From the NCBI GenBank assembly GCA_002104905.1, contig MCFE01000282.1, positions 39,572 to 103,571 of the forward strand: a stretch of DNA of 64,000 nucleotides, read 5' to 3'. Position 1 is the first letter of the stretch, and each line of letters starts with the position of its first letter. A program made the translations under genes and the position numbers. Positions 61,819-64,000 of the stretch are shown here, one piece after another. The notes beneath the pieces were generated by a model, which saw only the letters and a program-made list of their open reading frames with translations, searched no databases and was not told the origin of the DNA. This DNA is from Basidiobolus meristosporus CBS 931.73 (Eukaryota > Fungi > Basidiobolomycota).

Positions 61819-63327
61819 TCAGGCAGAGTTTGTAGCTTCTTCAGAGGCAGCATTGACAATGTGACCTGCAGAGTCCCAGAGCTCTTCAAATGGTGCATCA
61901 CTTAAGTCAGCAAGGAGGGAAATGGCATGGTTCTTGAGGAAGTATGCCACATCATAGGAGGGGGCTTGTCTCTTGATGGCAGCAAAGAAAGACAGAATGG
62001 CAACATGGGCTGGAGGCTTGTTGAACAGTAGAGAGTCAGAGGATTCAGATTCTTCAGGCACTATCTTGAAGTCAGTTTTCAGCCAGTTAAGGTTCTTCTC
62101 CACAAAGGCAACAAATGGGTCAGCAATGTTTTGGTCTAGGATAACCTCCAGAATCTTCCCTTTTCTCCAGGCCAGGTTGACAATTCTTGAGAGCTGAATA
62201 TTGCATGCCTTGAGTGCTTTCCTGATGTTGGAAATGGGAGTCCAGGGAACTTGCTTCAAGTACACCACAGTCCAGGTAGAAGCTGGTGGTAGGTTTGCTG
62301 GGGGCTTGTAAGTCCTTCTGTGTGGCAATGGAGCTGCAGTAGTCAGATTGGAGTCCACATTCTCAGTAGAGGGTTTTCTTGATGTCTCTTGCTGAATGGT
62401 ACTGGAGCTGGATGTGTTGATAATTCTTGCTAGAACCTTGCCTGCATAAGTCTGAGGTATAGCTGAGGTGACTGTAGAGGTGGTGGCAGCTGGTGCAGGT
62501 GGAGAGGCAGAAACTGAAGCAGGAACTGAGGTCACCTGGGAGAAGGCAGTAGAAGCAGGTTTTCTGGGAGGAACAGAGTTCACTATCCAGTTGTTCTGTA
62601 AAACACTGGAGTAGCTTTTCTGTGGAACAGGATCTTGCTCTTGAACAGGAATAGAAGCAGCAGGCTGGGGCTGAGCAGTAGTGGTAAGGCAGTGGCACTC
62701 CAAGGAAGCTTTTTGCAAGGCATCTCTGGCAGTTTTCAGGGCAGTATTGGCTTCATTCTTGAGCTTCTTGCATTGGGCATCCAGTCTCTTGTTTTCAATA
62801 GTCAGGGCAGTATTGGCAGCCTCTAAATCAGCAATTCTCTTCTCAATTGCAAGGAATCTCTGAAGAAATGCATCAGTAGAAGTGCTGGCATCTGGGAGAG
62901 CAGTGGCAGGAATAGAGTCCATTGACAGTGGGCTTCTTGGAGGCAAGGAAAGTGGACTGGCAGATTCAGGCACAAAAGGAGATATCCTGGCAGGAGGAGA
63001 AGGAGTATCCAAGGCAGTAACAGAGGCAATTCTTGTTGGTGAAGCAGCAGCAGGGGAGGCAAGCCTGTTCAGAAACTGGGCAGGAGAGAGTGCTTGAGGA
63101 GAGGGAGTCTTCAGCTTGCCAAGCATGTCTTCCATCAGAGTGATACCAATATTCCTGGTGCATTTGCAGAGAAAAGTAAGCTTCCTGAGTCTGCCAGCTC
63201 TTCCATTCCTTCTGATAGTTCCTTTGTTTCCACAGTTGGGGCAAGAAATCTTCTTGATAGACTTGTCAAAGCAATCAAGAACCTTCCTTTCAGGTGTAGT
63301 GGGCTCCTGTTGAGGTTTTGGTGGCAT
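61819..63327 (-). CDS. ORF1 (502 aa): zinc-ribbon-like N-terminus, Pro/Ser-rich linker, coiled coil, RRM-like C-terminus
   Basis: ATG at 63327 (MPPKPQ). CPNCGNKGTIRRNG...FLCKC, heptads FLQRFLAIEKRIADLEAAN...; WTVVYLKQVPW...LEVILD. Ends in TGA at 61819-61821. Confidence 0.85.
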   Translation of the reverse strand: MPPKPQQEPTTPERKVLDCFDKSIKKISCPNCGNKGTIRRNGRAGRLRKLTFLCKCTRNIGITLMEDMLGKLKTPSPQALSPAQFLNRLASPAAASPTRIASVTALDTPSPPARISPFVPESASPLSLPPRSPLSMDSIPATALPDASTSTDAFLQRFLAIEKRIADLEAANTALTIENKRLDAQCKKLKNEANTALKTARDALQKASLECHCLTTTAQPQPAASIPVQEQDPVPQKSYSSVLQNNWIVNSVPPRKPASTAFSQVTSVPASVSASPPAPAATTSTVTSAIPQTYAGKVLARIINTSSSSTIQQETSRKPSTENVDSNLTTAAPLPHRRTYKPPANLPPASTWTVVYLKQVPWTPISNIRKALKACNIQLSRIVNLAWRKGKILEVILDQNIADPFVAFVEKNLNWLKTDFKIVPEESESSDSLLFNKPPAHVAILSFFAAIKRQAPSYDVAYFLKNHAISLLADLSDAPFEELWDSAGHIVNAASEEATNSA

Positions 63328-63452
63328 ATCCAGAGTTTCAGCTTCAAATTTCAATTTTTGAGATTTTTGGGTGATTTTTGATGGGCGGGATCAAAATTAG
63401 GGTTAGGGTTGCGCGCTGTGACTGCTTTTTACGATCGCAAGGTCAGAACCTA

Positions 63453-63775
63453 GGAAAAAATAAAAATAGTTAGTAAAGGTGATTTAATGGATGGATGGAT
63501 GGATTCGGAGTCAGATTCAATCAAAAAATCAAATCGTTGACTAATTTAAAGAGGAAAAAATAAAAATAGTTAGTAAAGGTGATTTAATGGATGGATGGAT
63601 GGATTCGGAGTCAGATTCAATCAAAAAATCAAATCGTTGACTAATTTAAAGAGGGAAAAAATAAAAATAGTTAGTAAAGGTGATTTAATGGATGGATGGA
63701 TGGATTCGGAGTCAGATTCAATCAAAAAATCAAATCGTTGACTAATTTAAAGAGGGAAAAAATAAAATAGTTAGG
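63453..63775 (+). repeat. Subtelomeric tandem repeat, 3 copies of a 100-101-bp unit plus a truncated fourth
   Basis: The taaaaatagttagtaaaggtgatttaatgg(atgg)3attcggagtcagattc... unit recurs at 63461, 63561 and 63662, differing only in homopolymer lengths. Confidence 0.97.
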
Positions 63776-64000
63776 GTTAGGGTTAGGGTTAGGGTTAGGG
63801 TTAGGGTTAGGGTTAGGGTTAGGGTTAGGGTTAGGGTTAGGGTTAGGGTTAGGGTTAGGGTTAGGGTTAGGGTTAGGGTTAGGGTTAGGGTTAGGGTTAG
63901 GGTTAGGGTTAGGGTTAGGGTTAGGGTTAGGGTTAGGGTTAGGGTTAGGGTTAGGGTTAGGGTTAGGGTTAGGGTTAGGGTTAGGGTTAGGGTTAGGGTT
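63771..64000 (+). repeat. Telomere, (TTAGGG)38 plus TT
   Basis: Perfect hexamer array running to the end of the window. Confidence 0.99.

Larger units (their letters stand above)
58973..63410 (-). mobile_element. Telomere-associated non-LTR retrotransposon (APE endonuclease + RT, no RNase H)
   Basis: Two open ORFs. The 3' end is fused to degenerate telomeric repeats (ggttagcttaggtttaggggggg), and TTAGGGTTAGGGTT lies at 63397-63410 upstream of ORF1. No poly(A). The 5' end faces the chromosome end. Confidence 0.9.

Noticed and set aside
63453-63775. 100-bp repeats as a CRISPR-like array
   Set aside because: The units are contiguous and identical with no unique spacers, in a eukaryotic telomeric context.

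Overview
Terminal 64 kb of a chromosome arm of an intron-rich fungus, probably an early-diverging lineage (inferred from gene content and intron style; the species cannot be determined here). The window ends in 38 perfect TTAGGG repeats and has three compartments. (1) 1 to ~20.6 kb: CpG-depleted, nested transposon remnants: Ty1/copia elements and solo LTRs with resolvable target-site duplications, a CACTA-type transposase pseudogene, a 735-bp foldback element and an unidentified repeat family. (2) ~20.6 to 54.3 kb: a CpG-normal, compact gene island: tyrosine aminotransferase, METTL6, CCDC12/Cwf18, a RING-zfTRAF-PA14 protein, mitochondrial ferredoxin, LSM3, FIS1, PhoD phosphatase, an SLS1-like protein, glucosidase I, OTU1, METTL3/IME4, a PAP2 phosphatase, an inverted pair of secreted isochorismatase-like genes and small secreted proteins. 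(3) ~54.3 to 64 kb: CpG-depleted subtelomere. The most striking system is at 58.36-63.77 kb, a stack of retroelements, each anchored on a TTAGGG remnant and sharing a conserved 3' tail with a stem-loop. It comprises a tail-only stub, an apparent tRNA-derived SINE (A/B boxes, no Pol III terminator) and an APE-RT non-LTR retrotransposon. The retrotransposon's two open ORFs are separated by one in-frame TGA-CTA with no ATG for ORF2 (candidate stop-codon readthrough). It has no poly(A) tail and ends in telomere-complementary sequence. Exon boundaries and percent identities were read by eye and are approximate.
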